This document shows positions 19,219-29,554 of a stretch of DNA of 64,000 nucleotides, piece by piece. This stretch comes from Pseudotamlana carrageenivorans. GTDB taxonomy: Bacteria > Bacteroidota > Bacteroidia > Flavobacteriales > Flavobacteriaceae. Position numbers and translations under genes: made by a program. How positions within the stretch are numbered: the first letter of the stretch is position 1; each line of letters starts with the position of its first letter. The stretch is taken from NCBI RefSeq assembly GCF_002893765.1, contig NZ_CP025938.1, positions 1,822,673 through 1,886,672 of the forward strand, written 5' to 3'. The notes under the pieces are model-generated. The model had not been told where the DNA came from. It saw only the letters and a list, made by a program, of their open reading frames with translations, and made no database searches.

Positions 19219-20045
19219 GAGTTTATCGTGTTTTTATACTTAAAGTTGAGTACGTAGTAACAGCCTATTAGGCTTGGAAGCATAAAATTAAGCAACCACA
19301 TCACCATGGTAATTGATAAAATGATAAGCTCGTGAGCGCCAACAAATGCAAATAAATATACCGAAATGCTGCCTTTTATCAAGCCGTCAAAAAGTGTTAT
19401 AGAAGGAATTATTGAGGTTATAAAGTACATGGAGGCAATTATGGAGAGCGCTTCAAAATAAGGCAGTTCAATTTGGAAAATTTGTAGTAAAAAATAAAAT
19501 TGAAAGGAAAAAACAGCGTATCGTAAAAAGGATAATCCTAATCCGTAATAAAGTGTTTTTTTAGGAAGTCGTCTTAAAAAGCGACTCAATTTTTTAGTAG
19601 ACAACTGCATGAATTTAAAATTACCCTTAAAAACAAACAAGCCAATTAAACCAGTAATAAGTGCTAGAGTAGTGATGTAAATGACTAGGTAATATGTGTT
19701 TAAAAGTGTTTTATGGCTTTGTGTAAACCACAATAAACCTATAAATCCAACAATTGTTGTTACCGTTAATTGTAAAATATTATTAATAAGATTTAGTACT
19801 ACAACATGCTTTCTAAAGGCGGCTTGGTAGTACATGGCTTTGGCGCCATATTCACCAATGCGGTTAGGGGTTATTAAAGAAGCGGTGAGCGACCCTAAGC
19901 ATTGTTCGCAGGCTTGATATAAAGAAATTTTTTTAAATGGACGAAGTAGCCATTGCCACTTAAAAAGCTCCAATAACCAGTTAATAAGGGTCAAAATTAA
20001 CAGAAAACTTAGTGTTTTGACCGAAAAAGCATTATTTTCAGACAA
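19215..20045 (-). CDS. Polytopic membrane protein (flippase-like, UPF0104/TIGR00374-like), translationally coupled to the GT2 gene
   Basis: Multiple hydrophobic helices; a 4-nt overlap with the downstream GT2 gene. Confidence 0.4.
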   Translation of the reverse strand: MSENNAFSVKTLSFLLILTLINWLLELFKWQWLLRPFKKISLYQACEQCLGSLTASLITPNRIGEYGAKAMYYQAAFRKHVVVLNLINNILQLTVTTIVGFIGLLWFTQSHKTLLNTYYLVIYITTLALITGLIGLFVFKGNFKFMQLSTKKLSRFLRRLPKKTLYYGLGLSFLRYAVFSFQFYFLLQIFQIELPYFEALSIIASMYFITSIIPSITLFDGLIKGSISVYLFAFVGAHELIILSITMVMWLLNFMLPSLIGCYYVLNFKYKNTINS

Positions 20046-20215
20046 AATATTGTAGAAGTCAGAAAAATGTAACGTATTATTGTGTATAATTTTCTGATAG
20101 ATAAAGTAAAGCGCAGCAAGGACTATGCTTATTTTAATAAGCCTAAAAAGATACTGTTTGCTGCGGTATGAAAGTGTATGTGCTATGATGGTACAAATTA
20201 AATCAATATTACGAA

Positions 20216-20854
20216 ATGATTGCTTATTTTAATAAAATTAAGAGTTCATGGGTGGTAGGTTTCTTATTGTTGTGTTGTAATTTATCACAAGCACAAGGCG
20301 ATACGAGTACATTTAAATTGCAATTTGCAACGGGAATTAATACGCCCATGTCAAATGGTTTTGTGAGTAATTTTGAAGCGAAGCCAATTAATTTTCCAAC
20401 CATTAACTTAGGGTTACAATATATGTTTAGTGAAGATTTTGGCGCTAAATTAGACTTTGGGTATAACCGGTTTTCAAACAAAAACCAGAGTCCAGCCTTT
20501 AAAATAAATTATACGCGTTTAAATTTACAATGGGTTTACGACGCCTCTGATATTATGAGATTTTCCCAACGCATGGCAACTTTTTTGCATGCAGGCCCTG
20601 GATATTCTATGATTAGACCATTGGATATTTATGGTGAAAAAAAACTGAACTACCTTAATGCCATGGGAGGCATAGAATTTCATTACGCTATTAACGACGT
20701 TTTGTCCATTTATTTGGATGGTTCTTATATCTTTGGCTTCGGAAAGGACTATAATCAGGTGTCTGATGGTTATGGTACTTTTAACGGAGATATATTAACC
20801 GTAACAATTGGGGCGTCTATTTCGCTAAGCGGTTGTTACTTTTGTAATGATTAA
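20216..20854 (+). CDS. Outer-membrane beta-barrel (porin-family/OmpA-like N-terminal domain) protein
   Basis: Signal peptide ending …SQAQG and alternating-hydrophobic beta-strand pattern. Confidence 0.5.
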   Translation: MIAYFNKIKSSWVVGFLLLCCNLSQAQGDTSTFKLQFATGINTPMSNGFVSNFEAKPINFPTINLGLQYMFSEDFGAKLDFGYNRFSNKNQSPAFKINYTRLNLQWVYDASDIMRFSQRMATFLHAGPGYSMIRPLDIYGEKKLNYLNAMGGIEFHYAINDVLSIYLDGSYIFGFGKDYNQVSDGYGTFNGDILTVTIGASISLSGCYFCND

Positions 20855-21438
20855 TGCAGGAAAGAATAATTTTAGGGATTGACCCTGGAACCACCATTAT
20901 GGGTTTCGGCCTTATAAAAGTGGTTGGTAAAAAGATGCACTTTTTGCAGATGAATGAGTTGGATTTGAAAAAATACGACGATCATTATATCAAGTTAAAA
21001 CTTATTTTTGAACGCACCATTGAACTTATTGACACACACAATCCCGACGAAATAGCTATTGAAGCGCCTTTTTTTGGTAAAAATGTACAAAGTATGTTAA
21101 AGCTAGGTAGGGCTCAAGGCGTGGCTATGGCTGCTGGTTTAAGTCGTGAAATTCCAATTACCGAGTACTTGCCTAAAAAAATAAAAATGGCCATTACGGG
21201 AAATGGAAATGCTAGTAAAGAACAGGTTGCTAAAATGCTTCAAAGTAATTTAGGCTTAAAAACCTTGCCTAAAAACTTGGATGCTACTGATGGTTTGGCT
21301 GCGGCTGTTTGTCATTTTTATAATTCTGGACGTGTTAATGTAGATAAAAGTTATTCTGGGTGGGCAGCTTTCGTGAAGCAGAATAGTACACCGTCTTCAA
21401 AAGGGACTACAGTTATTAATCTTCGTTCTAAAAAGTAA
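20854..21438 (+). CDS. ruvC: Crossover junction endodeoxyribonuclease RuvC
   Basis: [17 protein letters not shown]… with catalytic Asp/Glu spacing as in RuvC. Confidence 0.85.
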   Translation: MQERIILGIDPGTTIMGFGLIKVVGKKMHFLQMNELDLKKYDDHYIKLKLIFERTIELIDTHNPDEIAIEAPFFGKNVQSMLKLGRAQGVAMAAGLSREIPITEYLPKKIKMAITGNGNASKEQVAKMLQSNLGLKTLPKNLDATDGLAAAVCHFYNSGRVNVDKSYSGWAAFVKQNSTPSSKGTTVINLRSKK

Positions 21439-21459
21439 CCTTTAATAAATTGATATGGT

Positions 21460-22665
21460 ATGAATAACTATGCTCAAACAGCACAGGGTCTATCCCATTT
21501 GAAGCGCTATAAAGGTGCTGCCATATACATTCATATTCCCTTTTGTAAACAGGCTTGTTACTATTGCGATTTTCATTTTTCTACGTCTTTAAAAAAGAAA
21601 GATGAACTATTACAATCTTTAATTATTGAATTAGAAATGCGTAAAGCGGATTTTGAAAATCTAATTATTGAAACCATATATTTTGGAGGAGGTACACCTA
21701 GTTTATTGTCTCAACAGGAAATCCAAATGTTATTAGATGCCGTTTATAAACACTATACCGTTTGTGATGACCCAGAAATTACTCTGGAGGCCAATCCAGA
21801 TGATTTATCGGCATTAAAAATTAAAGCATTGTCTCAGTCGTCTGTAAACCGTTTGAGTATAGGTATTCAGTCTTTTTTTGAAGATGATTTAAAAAGCATG
21901 AATCGGGCTCATAATGCCCAAGAGGCTAGGGCGTGTTTAGAAGAAGCGACTGCTTATTTTGATAATATAACCATCGATTTAATATATGGTATTCCGAATA
22001 TGAGCGTGGAAAAATGGGAGGCTAATATAGCACAAGCTTTGGAATTTGGAGTGCCGCATATTTCTAGTTATGCCCTTACGGTTGAACCTAAAACTGTCTT
22101 GGATAGTTTTGTGAAAAAAGGCGTGTTTCCACCTATCGATGAGGATTTAGCTTTGCAACATTTTAATCATTTGGTTAGGCGTACTAAAGAAGCAGGATTT
22201 GTACATTATGAAATTTCAAATTTTGGGAAACCCGATTACTTTTCTAAGCACAATACGAGTTATTGGCAAGGCAAAGCTTATTTAGGAATAGGGCCGTCGG
22301 CGCACTCCTTTCAGGGGAATGAACGCAGTTGGAATATTGCCAATAATAATAAATACATACAAAGTATCGCCATAGGTAAATTACCAAAAACAACAGAAAC
22401 GCTATCTGAAATCGATCGCTTTAATGAATGTGTTATGACGGGCTTAAGAACGGTTTGGGGGGTATCGTTGTCGCAAATTGAAGATGAATTTGGGGAGCCG
22501 TTTCTTCAATATTTACGAAAACATGCAGCGTCATTTTTAAAAGATGATTTGCTGGCTATTTCAGAAGGTATTGATGAAAATGGTCAAGTCATTAAAAGCC
22601 TTGTAGCAACACAGAACGGTAAATTTTTAATTGACGGAATTGCTTCAGAACTATTTATGATTTGA
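21460..22665 (+). CDS. hemW: Radical-SAM heme chaperone HemW (HemN-like)
   Basis: IYIHIPFCKQACYYCDF radical-SAM CxxxCxxC plus a HemN C-terminal domain. Confidence 0.8.
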   Translation: MNNYAQTAQGLSHLKRYKGAAIYIHIPFCKQACYYCDFHFSTSLKKKDELLQSLIIELEMRKADFENLIIETIYFGGGTPSLLSQQEIQMLLDAVYKHYTVCDDPEITLEANPDDLSALKIKALSQSSVNRLSIGIQSFFEDDLKSMNRAHNAQEARACLEEATAYFDNITIDLIYGIPNMSVEKWEANIAQALEFGVPHISSYALTVEPKTVLDSFVKKGVFPPIDEDLALQHFNHLVRRTKEAGFVHYEISNFGKPDYFSKHNTSYWQGKAYLGIGPSAHSFQGNERSWNIANNNKYIQSIAIGKLPKTTETLSEIDRFNECVMTGLRTVWGVSLSQIEDEFGEPFLQYLRKHAASFLKDDLLAISEGIDENGQVIKSLVATQNGKFLIDGIASELFMI

Positions 22666-22671
22666 TTATAT

Positions 22672-23427
22672 TTGGATATGAACGCTACAATCCAATATAA
22701 TTCACGAAAACTTCAAATTAATTTAAAAAAGCCTATAGATATTTCTATACCGCTTCGTGCTTCCGAAAAAAATGTTCGGGCATGGTATGTCGATGCTCCT
22801 AGAATAGAGCCTGTTGAGGATGGTGAGTGGAAAATAGCGGTAAAAAATGGCGCTTGTATAAATTTTAATAATGTTAGTTTTAATCCGCATGCTCATGGTA
22901 CACATACCGAATGTGCAGGGCATATTACCGAAAAAGTACACTCTATAAATGAACACTTAAAGGAATTTTTCTTTTTAGCAGAAGTCATTACCGTAGCGCC
23001 AGAGCGTTTAAATGGAGACTCGGTTATTTCTGAAAAGCAGATTAAATTTGCCTTAGGAAATAAGAAGCGTGACGCTGTAGTGATTCGTACGATTCCTAAT
23101 ACATTAGACAAGTTGTCCATGCATTATTCTCATACCAATCCGCCCTATTTGTTAGAAGATGCGGCTATTTATTTAAGAGAAAAGGGTATAAAACACCTGT
23201 TGGTAGATTTGCCAAGTGTCGATAAAGAAAAGGATGAATGTATGCTTTTAGCGCATAATGCGTTTTGGAATACCAGCGGAAAGTTACGCCTTGATGCTAG
23301 TATTACAGAGTTTATTTATGTACCTAATAAGGTTAAAGACGGCGAATATTTTTTAAATCTCCAAATTGCACCTTTTGAGAATGATGCAGCCCCTAGTAAG
23401 CCTATTTTATATGAAGTTATAGGTTGA
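22672..23427 (+). CDS. Cyclase-family protein (kynurenine-formamidase-like fold)
   Basis: HAHGTHTECAGH matches the HxGTHxDxPxH-type motif loosely. Confidence 0.45.
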   Translation: MDMNATIQYNSRKLQINLKKPIDISIPLRASEKNVRAWYVDAPRIEPVEDGEWKIAVKNGACINFNNVSFNPHAHGTHTECAGHITEKVHSINEHLKEFFFLAEVITVAPERLNGDSVISEKQIKFALGNKKRDAVVIRTIPNTLDKLSMHYSHTNPPYLLEDAAIYLREKGIKHLLVDLPSVDKEKDECMLLAHNAFWNTSGKLRLDASITEFIYVPNKVKDGEYFLNLQIAPFENDAAPSKPILYEVIG

Positions 23428-23446
23428 ATTTTATAGAATTTAAAGC

Positions 23447-23815
23447 ATGGATATTGAACAAATTCGAGATTATTGTTTAAGTAAAAATGGGGTTTCTGAA
23501 GATTTTCCGTTTGATGAGCATACTTTGGTTTTTAAAGTTTTAGGCAAGATGTATGCCTTAATTTCTTTAAAAAAATGGGAACAAGGCGAGCCGGCAATCA
23601 ACTTAAAGGCCGATCCCGAATACGCTTTAGAGTTACGGGCATCTCATAGTTGTATTCGGGCGGGTTACCACATGAATAAAAAGCATTGGAATACCCTTTA
23701 CCTGAATGAAGGTGCCTTACAATCCGATTTTATAAAAACTTTAATCGATCATTCATACAACATGGTTGTAAAAGGTATGCCAAAAAAAATGCAAGAGAAT
23801 TTAAAAAACATATGA
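23447..23815 (+). CDS. MmcQ/YjbR-family DNA-binding protein
   Basis: 122 aa; the MDIEQIRDYCLSKNGVSEDFPFDEHTLVFKVLGKMYALISL pattern is typical of the YjbR family. Confidence 0.6.
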   Translation: MDIEQIRDYCLSKNGVSEDFPFDEHTLVFKVLGKMYALISLKKWEQGEPAINLKADPEYALELRASHSCIRAGYHMNKKHWNTLYLNEGALQSDFIKTLIDHSYNMVVKGMPKKMQENLKNI

Positions 23816-23933
23816 TAATGTGAATACTTTTTTGTATTTTTAACAACTTGTCTCTCAGTATATTATATTAGTAGCGTAATCCTTGCCCCAAAATCTTAAA
23901 GCCTAATTATTAACTTTAATTTTTTGCTAGATT

Positions 23934-24755
23934 ATGAAAACTATTAAACACACCCTCACATGCATGACACTTCTGTTCATGTTTTTTTATGCCGAAACCA
24001 TCTGTGCTCAGTCTGGCCAAGCACCGAAGTTTATGACAACAACTACCTTGAGTTGGAATCAAAATTTAGAACATTTAGATTTAGCCGAATGGAAAGCTAT
24101 AGAAAAAGAGTATTTAGAGAAAGTCATTAAAAAAAATGAGTATATACTGGGGTCGTCCTTTTATAAGCCACAATTATCGGGAAGTAGTGGAGAGCTTGTT
24201 TTAGTAAGAGTATACGGTTCTTGGGCGGCGATTGAAAGAGCTGTAGAGCGCAATGCAGAACTAGAAAAAATAGCCTGGCCTAACGAAAAAGCGCTTAAAG
24301 ATTTTAAGAGAAAGCAGCGATCGTTTTATACGCATGATCATGCCGATGAGATTTATTCTGTACTTCCAATAATGAAGCCAGTTCAAGACTGGTCTAAAGA
24401 CATGGTGTGCTATGTGCGTACGAAGCATCTCAATTTCCCAGAAGATGGAAAAAAAGAAGAGGTAGAAAACATAATTAAGGAAGATTTTGAAAAATTAATC
24501 AAAGATAATGCTATAGTTAAGGGGTATTTCACCTACAGACATGCTTGGGGCGCCCATGGTAGTGAATTGAAAAACGCCTATTTTTTATCGTCTATTTCAG
24601 ACTTGCAAAAACTTTTTGAAAGTGTTCCAGATTTGGAGAAAAAGGCATGGCCAACAGATCACTTACGTAAAAAGCGTGAACATATGATGAATAAATATTT
24701 TACAAATGTTTATCGAGATGACGTTTACACCTTTGTGTCAGGACTTTCTAAATAG
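23934..24755 (+). CDS. Secreted hypothetical protein with an internal tandem duplication
   Basis: Signal peptide; two repeated modules (…LEKIAWPNE…HDHADEIY / …LEKKAWPTD…YRDDVY). Confidence 0.35.
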   Translation: MKTIKHTLTCMTLLFMFFYAETICAQSGQAPKFMTTTTLSWNQNLEHLDLAEWKAIEKEYLEKVIKKNEYILGSSFYKPQLSGSSGELVLVRVYGSWAAIERAVERNAELEKIAWPNEKALKDFKRKQRSFYTHDHADEIYSVLPIMKPVQDWSKDMVCYVRTKHLNFPEDGKKEEVENIIKEDFEKLIKDNAIVKGYFTYRHAWGAHGSELKNAYFLSSISDLQKLFESVPDLEKKAWPTDHLRKKREHMMNKYFTNVYRDDVYTFVSGLSK

Positions 24756-24822
24756 TTTGTTTTTGTTTTCAAGCTTGCGGAAGGTTTTATTTAGCTGTAT
24801 TTTTGCAAGATAAATTTCATAT

Positions 24823-25401
24823 ATGAGCGTTTTACAGACCTTAAAAGACCGAAGCAACAACACTTGCGAATTATGTTCATCTGCTAAAGATTTATCGCAA
24901 TACACCATTCCTCCATCATTAAATGAAAATGTGGATAATGACATTTTGGTGTGTAAAACCTGTTTGGATCAAATTGAAGAAAGGGAAGAAATGAATCCTA
25001 ATCACTGGCGTTGTTTAAACGATAGTATGTGGAGCGAGCATGTGGCCGTACAAATCATGGCTTGGCGTATGTTACAGCGTTTACGTCATGAGGGTTGGCC
25101 AAAAGACTTGGTTGATATGATGTATTTGGATGATGACGCTTTAGCACTAGCACGCGCTACTGGCGAGCATGAAGATGAGGCTAACAAAATTATTCACCGT
25201 GATGTTAATGGTGTAGTTTTGAGTAACGGTGATGCTGTAGTGCTTGTTAAAGATTTGAAAGTGAAAGGCTCTAGCTTGGTAGCAAAACAGGGTACTGCGG
25301 TTAGAAATATTCGTTTAGATCGCGACAATGATAAATACATTGAAGGTAAAGTAGGCGCGCAACAAATTGTGATTATTACCGATTTTGTAAAGAAATTGTA
25401 G
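24823..25401 (+). CDS. phnA: PhnA-domain protein (zinc ribbon + PhnA C-terminal domain)
   Basis: CELC…CKTC zinc ribbon; the C-terminus …NGDAVVLVKDLKVKGSSLVAKQGTAVRNIRL… closely matches E. coli PhnA. Confidence 0.7.
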   Translation: MSVLQTLKDRSNNTCELCSSAKDLSQYTIPPSLNENVDNDILVCKTCLDQIEEREEMNPNHWRCLNDSMWSEHVAVQIMAWRMLQRLRHEGWPKDLVDMMYLDDDALALARATGEHEDEANKIIHRDVNGVVLSNGDAVVLVKDLKVKGSSLVAKQGTAVRNIRLDRDNDKYIEGKVGAQQIVIITDFVKKL

Positions 25402-25416
25402 GGCAAGAACCTTTTA

Positions 25417-25844
25417 AGTTGAAGTGTCGGCAATAATTTTCCATGCGCCATTAATTTTTTTGAAAACCAGCATAAAAATACCATCGGCATTTCCAACATC
25501 TCGTTTTATGTGATACTCTCCTAAAACATAATACGCGTCGTTGCTAATTTTAGTGATGTCATTTATTTTGAAATTTAATTTCCCGGTGTGCTCTTTGGTA
25601 GGATATGCCTTTAGATAGAGCTCTAGAGTGTTTTCCCAGCCTTTTGTAACACCATGAACACCGTAAACTTTAAAGAGTCGCTTTTCCAGTAACCTTCCAT
25701 GTAGGATTCAATATCGTTGTTTGACCAGGCTAGCCTTTGTTTTTTTTAAACTTTTTGAATGGCTTTTTGGTCTGATGCCTCTTGCGACTGTGCCAAGCTA
25801 CTCAAGGTGCATAGTAAACAAAAACATAGGGCGAATTTTTTCAT
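25417..25844 (-). pseudogene. SnoaL-like/NTF2-like (DUF4440-type) secreted protein, disrupted by two frameshifts (one in a T8 tract at 25740-25747); absent from the ORF track
   Basis: Reverse strand reads MKKFALCFCLLCTLSSLAQSQEASDQKAIQKV* | …LAWSNNDIESYMEGYWKSDSLKF | YGVHGVTKGWENTLELYLKAYPTKEHTGKLNFKINDITKISNDAYYVLGEYHIKRDVGNADGIFMLVFKKINGAWKIIADTST*. Confidence 0.45.
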
Positions 25845-26076
25845 GAACTTAAATTTGTAGGTTTAAACTAGAACTTAAAAGTTCTAGTAAAAGTAATGAA
25901 ATATAGAAATTGATATGTCTTTTGTCGATAAAATATGCACCTAGAAGTGTTTTAACTGATCTTAAAATCTATTGGTCGATAAAATAGTATACAAATGATA
26001 TTGGTTTCTTACTTTTATGGGACAACCCTATTATGGACTCCTTATTTTTTTAGTTTAACCATTTAAAACATTTAGT

Positions 26077-26355
26077 ATGGATTTAGAAATTACCAGCTGT
26101 AATAACTTTTACAAAGTTAAAGGCCACTTAAACAAAAGTACTGTAGGCATTTTTATCAACGAGTTTGATAATATTTTTAATAATTTTGATAGTCTTACTA
26201 TTAGTATTAAGGACGTTGAGAGTATGGATAAATATGGCGTAGAGGCTTTGTCTAAACTTCATACCGAGTCTTTAATGAAAAACAAGCAGTTTTCAATTAT
26301 TGGTTATGGTTGTAAAGAGCTTTACGACCATTTTAAAACAGAAATTGCTGCCTAG
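26077..26355 (+). CDS. Hypothetical small protein
   Basis: 92-aa ORF with a plausible start and no recognised motif. Confidence 0.3.
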   Translation: MDLEITSCNNFYKVKGHLNKSTVGIFINEFDNIFNNFDSLTISIKDVESMDKYGVEALSKLHTESLMKNKQFSIIGYGCKELYDHFKTEIAA

Positions 26356-26700
26356 AGCGTTCTTCATTTTCGTTTTATAAATTTAGAAGAGGCTGTATAA
26401 AAAGTTATAGTTTTTTTATTAGTTTAAGTTTGTCGAAATCCGAGTTAAGGATTGTTTTTAAGATTATTCGATAAGCTCAAAATAACAAAGAGGCTTATTT
26501 TTATACAGCTTTTTTATGTTTTATTCTGCTTAAATCTAGTAAAAACGTTTCAAGTTGACTGTGTTAGCGATAGGCGTGGAAAGCTTTTGGCGAGGCGTGC
26601 ATCGAGCCAAAACTTGTAGCAGATAGCGCGACGCCCTTTCGCTTCCTTAAAAAGCTAAAGGGCGTAACACCATAACCGAATTTAGATCAAAAAAATAAGT

Positions 26701-28089
26701 TTATTTTGAAAGTTCGGTGAAATATTTATAGAATAAAGGGATGGTTTCTATGCCTTTTAGGTAGTTCCAAATACCGAAATGCTCGTTTGGTGAGTGGATG
26801 GCATCGCTGTCTAAACCAAAGCCCATTAAAATGGTTTTACTTTTTAATTCTTGTTCGAAAAGGGAAACAATTGGGATGCTGCCACCACTACGTTGCGGTA
26901 TTGGCGTTTTTCCAAAGGCATCGCGATAGGCGTTGGATGCGGCTTGGTAACCAATACTATCGATAGGCGTGACGTAACCTTGTCCGCCATGATGCGGGTT
27001 TACTTTAACTTTTACGCCTTCGGGAGCGATGGCCTCAAAATGTGTTTGAAATAAATTCGTGATTTCCTTCCAGTCTTGATTTGGCACCAGACGCATCGAG
27101 ATTTTTGCATAGGCTTTGCTGGCGATAACGGTTTTTGCACCTTCGCCTGTATAACCTCCCCAGATACCATTAACATCTAAAGTTGGTCTAATGGAGTTTC
27201 TTTCGTTGGTAGTGTATCCTGCTTCGCCATAAACAGTATCAATATCTAAGGCTTTTTTATAGTTTTCTAAGTTAAATGGCGCTTTGGCCATTTCGGCACG
27301 TTCTTCTTTAGATAGTTCTTCCACACGATCGTAAAAACCTGGAATGGTGATGTGATTGTTTTCTTCGTGAAGTTGTGCAATCATTTTGGTTAACACGTTT
27401 ATGGGGTTGGCTACGGCACCGCCATACAATCCGGAATGTAAATCGCGATTAGGACCCGTAACTTCCACTTCTACATAGCTTAAACCACGTAATCCTGTGG
27501 TTATTGATGGCACGTCGTTAGCAATCATGCCTGTGTCGGATATTAAAATAACGTCGTTTTTAAGCTTATCGTGGTTGTTTTTAACAAAGTCCCCAAGGTT
27601 AACGCTACCAACTTCTTCTTCACCTTCAATCATAAATTTCACATTGCAGGGTAGCTGGTTTGTGTTGGTCATAAATTCCATAGCCTTAACATGCATGTAC
27701 ATCTGGCCTTTATCATCGCAGGCACCTCTGGCGAAAATGGCACCATCGGGATGCTTATCGGTGGTCTTGATTACGGGTTCAAATGGTGGGGAATCCCATA
27801 AATTGATAGGGTTTGGTGGTTGCACATCGTAATGTCCGTAAACCAAAACCGTGGGTAGATTTTTATCTATTATCTTTTCACCATAAACGATAGGATTGCC
27901 TGGGGTTTCATTAATTTCAACAAAATCGCAACCGGCTTGTTCTAAACGGAGTTTAACGGCTTCAGCGGTTTTTAAAACATCGGTTTTATAAGCAGAATCG
28001 GCGCTAATAGACGGGATTTTGAGGAGTTCAACCAGTTCGTTTAAAAAGCGTTCTTTGTTTTCTTGGATGTATTTTTGAATATCTTTCAT
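26701..28089 (-). CDS. M20-family metallopeptidase (dipeptidase-like)
   Basis: YGHYDVQPP, GACDDKG and EGEEE metal-binding motifs of M20/M28 dipeptidases. Confidence 0.75.
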   Translation of the reverse strand: MKDIQKYIQENKERFLNELVELLKIPSISADSAYKTDVLKTAEAVKLRLEQAGCDFVEINETPGNPIVYGEKIIDKNLPTVLVYGHYDVQPPNPINLWDSPPFEPVIKTTDKHPDGAIFARGACDDKGQMYMHVKAMEFMTNTNQLPCNVKFMIEGEEEVGSVNLGDFVKNNHDKLKNDVILISDTGMIANDVPSITTGLRGLSYVEVEVTGPNRDLHSGLYGGAVANPINVLTKMIAQLHEENNHITIPGFYDRVEELSKEERAEMAKAPFNLENYKKALDIDTVYGEAGYTTNERNSIRPTLDVNGIWGGYTGEGAKTVIASKAYAKISMRLVPNQDWKEITNLFQTHFEAIAPEGVKVKVNPHHGGQGYVTPIDSIGYQAASNAYRDAFGKTPIPQRSGGSIPIVSLFEQELKSKTILMGFGLDSDAIHSPNEHFGIWNYLKGIETIPLFYKYFTELSK

Positions 28090-28191
28090 GCTATTTTTTC
28101 TTAAGATTGTATCAAAAGTATAAAAAAGAAACTTTTTTTGGTGTTATAAAGTTTGCAATTTAAAAATCTTGTTTATATTTGCAGTCCTTTA

Positions 28192-28273
28192 GCGGGCGTG
28201 GTGGAATTGGTAGACACGCTAGACTTAGGATCTAGTGCCGCGAGGTGTGGGAGTTCGAGTCTCCCCGCCCGCA
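28192..28273 (+). tRNA. tRNA-Leu (anticodon TAG), long variable arm
   Basis: gcgggcg acceptor stem, anticodon loop cTTAGGa, variable arm tgccgcgaggtgtg and T-arm gggagTTCGAgtctccc; 82 nt. Confidence 0.85.
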
Positions 28274-28285
28274 CGATTTAAAGGA

Positions 28286-28316
28286 AAAAGCCGACTTTTT
28301 TAAGTCGGCTTTTTTG
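28286..28316 (+). terminator. Rho-independent terminator after tRNA-Leu
   Basis: aaaagccgacTTTTTTAAgtcggctttttt. Confidence 0.5.
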
Positions 28317-28418
28317 TTTAAAATTATTGTTGTCCGATAAAAAACAGAATTAGCTAAAAAAGCGTTGGTGTTGGCCTTTTTTATTGATCGCACTCTTTAT
28401 TTTGAAAACAGAACCTCC

Positions 28419-29521
28419 TTATGGGTCAAAAAGGCTTAATTGCCCAATGTTTTTGGTTGTAATCTCTTCCCAATTAGCTTCTGGGTTTTTCAGGAATTTG
28501 AACAAATCGATATATGTCATCAAATGGTATCGTATGACGGACATCATATTGGAATAAGCCCAGTTTCTTTGGGCTTTTCTTTGGATCACAAGCATAATGA
28601 GCTGGATTATCAAACTGACCCAGATTTGTATTTCGATGGCATTTTGATTGTCTCCCAAAAAATACTTTAGCGGAAAGTTCTGTTTAAGCCGCTTAAACAT
28701 CGTCTCAATCTGCCACCTATTTTTATAGATGTCGGCTATTTTGTCTGCATCAAGATCATAATTATTAGTGATGAACTCATAAACTTTTTGGTGCTTTTCG
28801 TGCCAAAAAGCGATTCTCCTCAGGGAAAAAGCATTGCCGTTTTTGTCCGTAAGCCCTATTTTTTCGTCCTTTAAGACAGCATCGTCCACTTTATTGGAGA
28901 TATCAAACTCTTCAAGGCTTGTATAGCGAGCATTGTCCTTTTGCCGAGTCACAAAGTAAACATCTTCCAGTGTCCATTTTTGGTATTGCTCATAATCCAC
29001 ATACCCTTTGTCAAAAACCACATAAGAGCCCTTCTTGAGTTCCAGGTCTTTTAAAAAGGTGTGGTCGTGCGTGGCCGCGCTTGAAAACTTAATCAGACAA
29101 GAAACGTCTTCCATGGCGTTTATCATAGTATGCATCTTGATACCTCCTTTCTTTTTGCCGTTGAGCGGGTTCCTTCCTACACCTTTAAGAATGTCACTAA
29201 ATAGGGGGATGGTCGAGGAATCAACGATTTTAAGGTTCTTCACTGCAGGTTCTAAGGGTCTGCTGTCCGATAAAAAGCGATGGTAACGTTTGTAGAGTAA
29301 ATGATAAATATCGGCAAATACTTCAGAGCTTCTTCTCCTGTTAGCATCTGACAAGGTACTGCGTTTTGGAAAGTCCGTGAGTCCTAGATGGTTGATCTTT
29401 CCCTCGCAGGCAAGCATAATACTGGAAACCTCACGAAGTGAGCTACAGCCACTGATCACGGTAAATACCATAGTGGCCAAATGCTCATAGGTGGTAAACT
29501 TTTTGGTATAGCGATCGCTGT
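28419..29521 (-). pseudogene. IS4-family transposase, distal 367 codons (first 34 codons lie at 30775-30875 beyond the IS3 insertion)
   Basis: Listed ORF 28419..29480 has DDE_Tnp_1-like motifs (…VFDKGYVDYEQY…YKNRWQIETMFKRLKQ). The frame continues upstream to the IS3 boundary. Confidence 0.65.
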
Positions 29522-29554
29522 TGGACTACCTAATAAATTTGGTACTATTTTATA

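Noticed and set aside
25194-25499. 101-aa minus-strand ORF overlapping the end of phnA
   Set aside because: It is the wrong reading frame of the frameshifted SnoaL-like gene (25417-25844). The correct frame gives a recognisable NTF2-like C-terminus.
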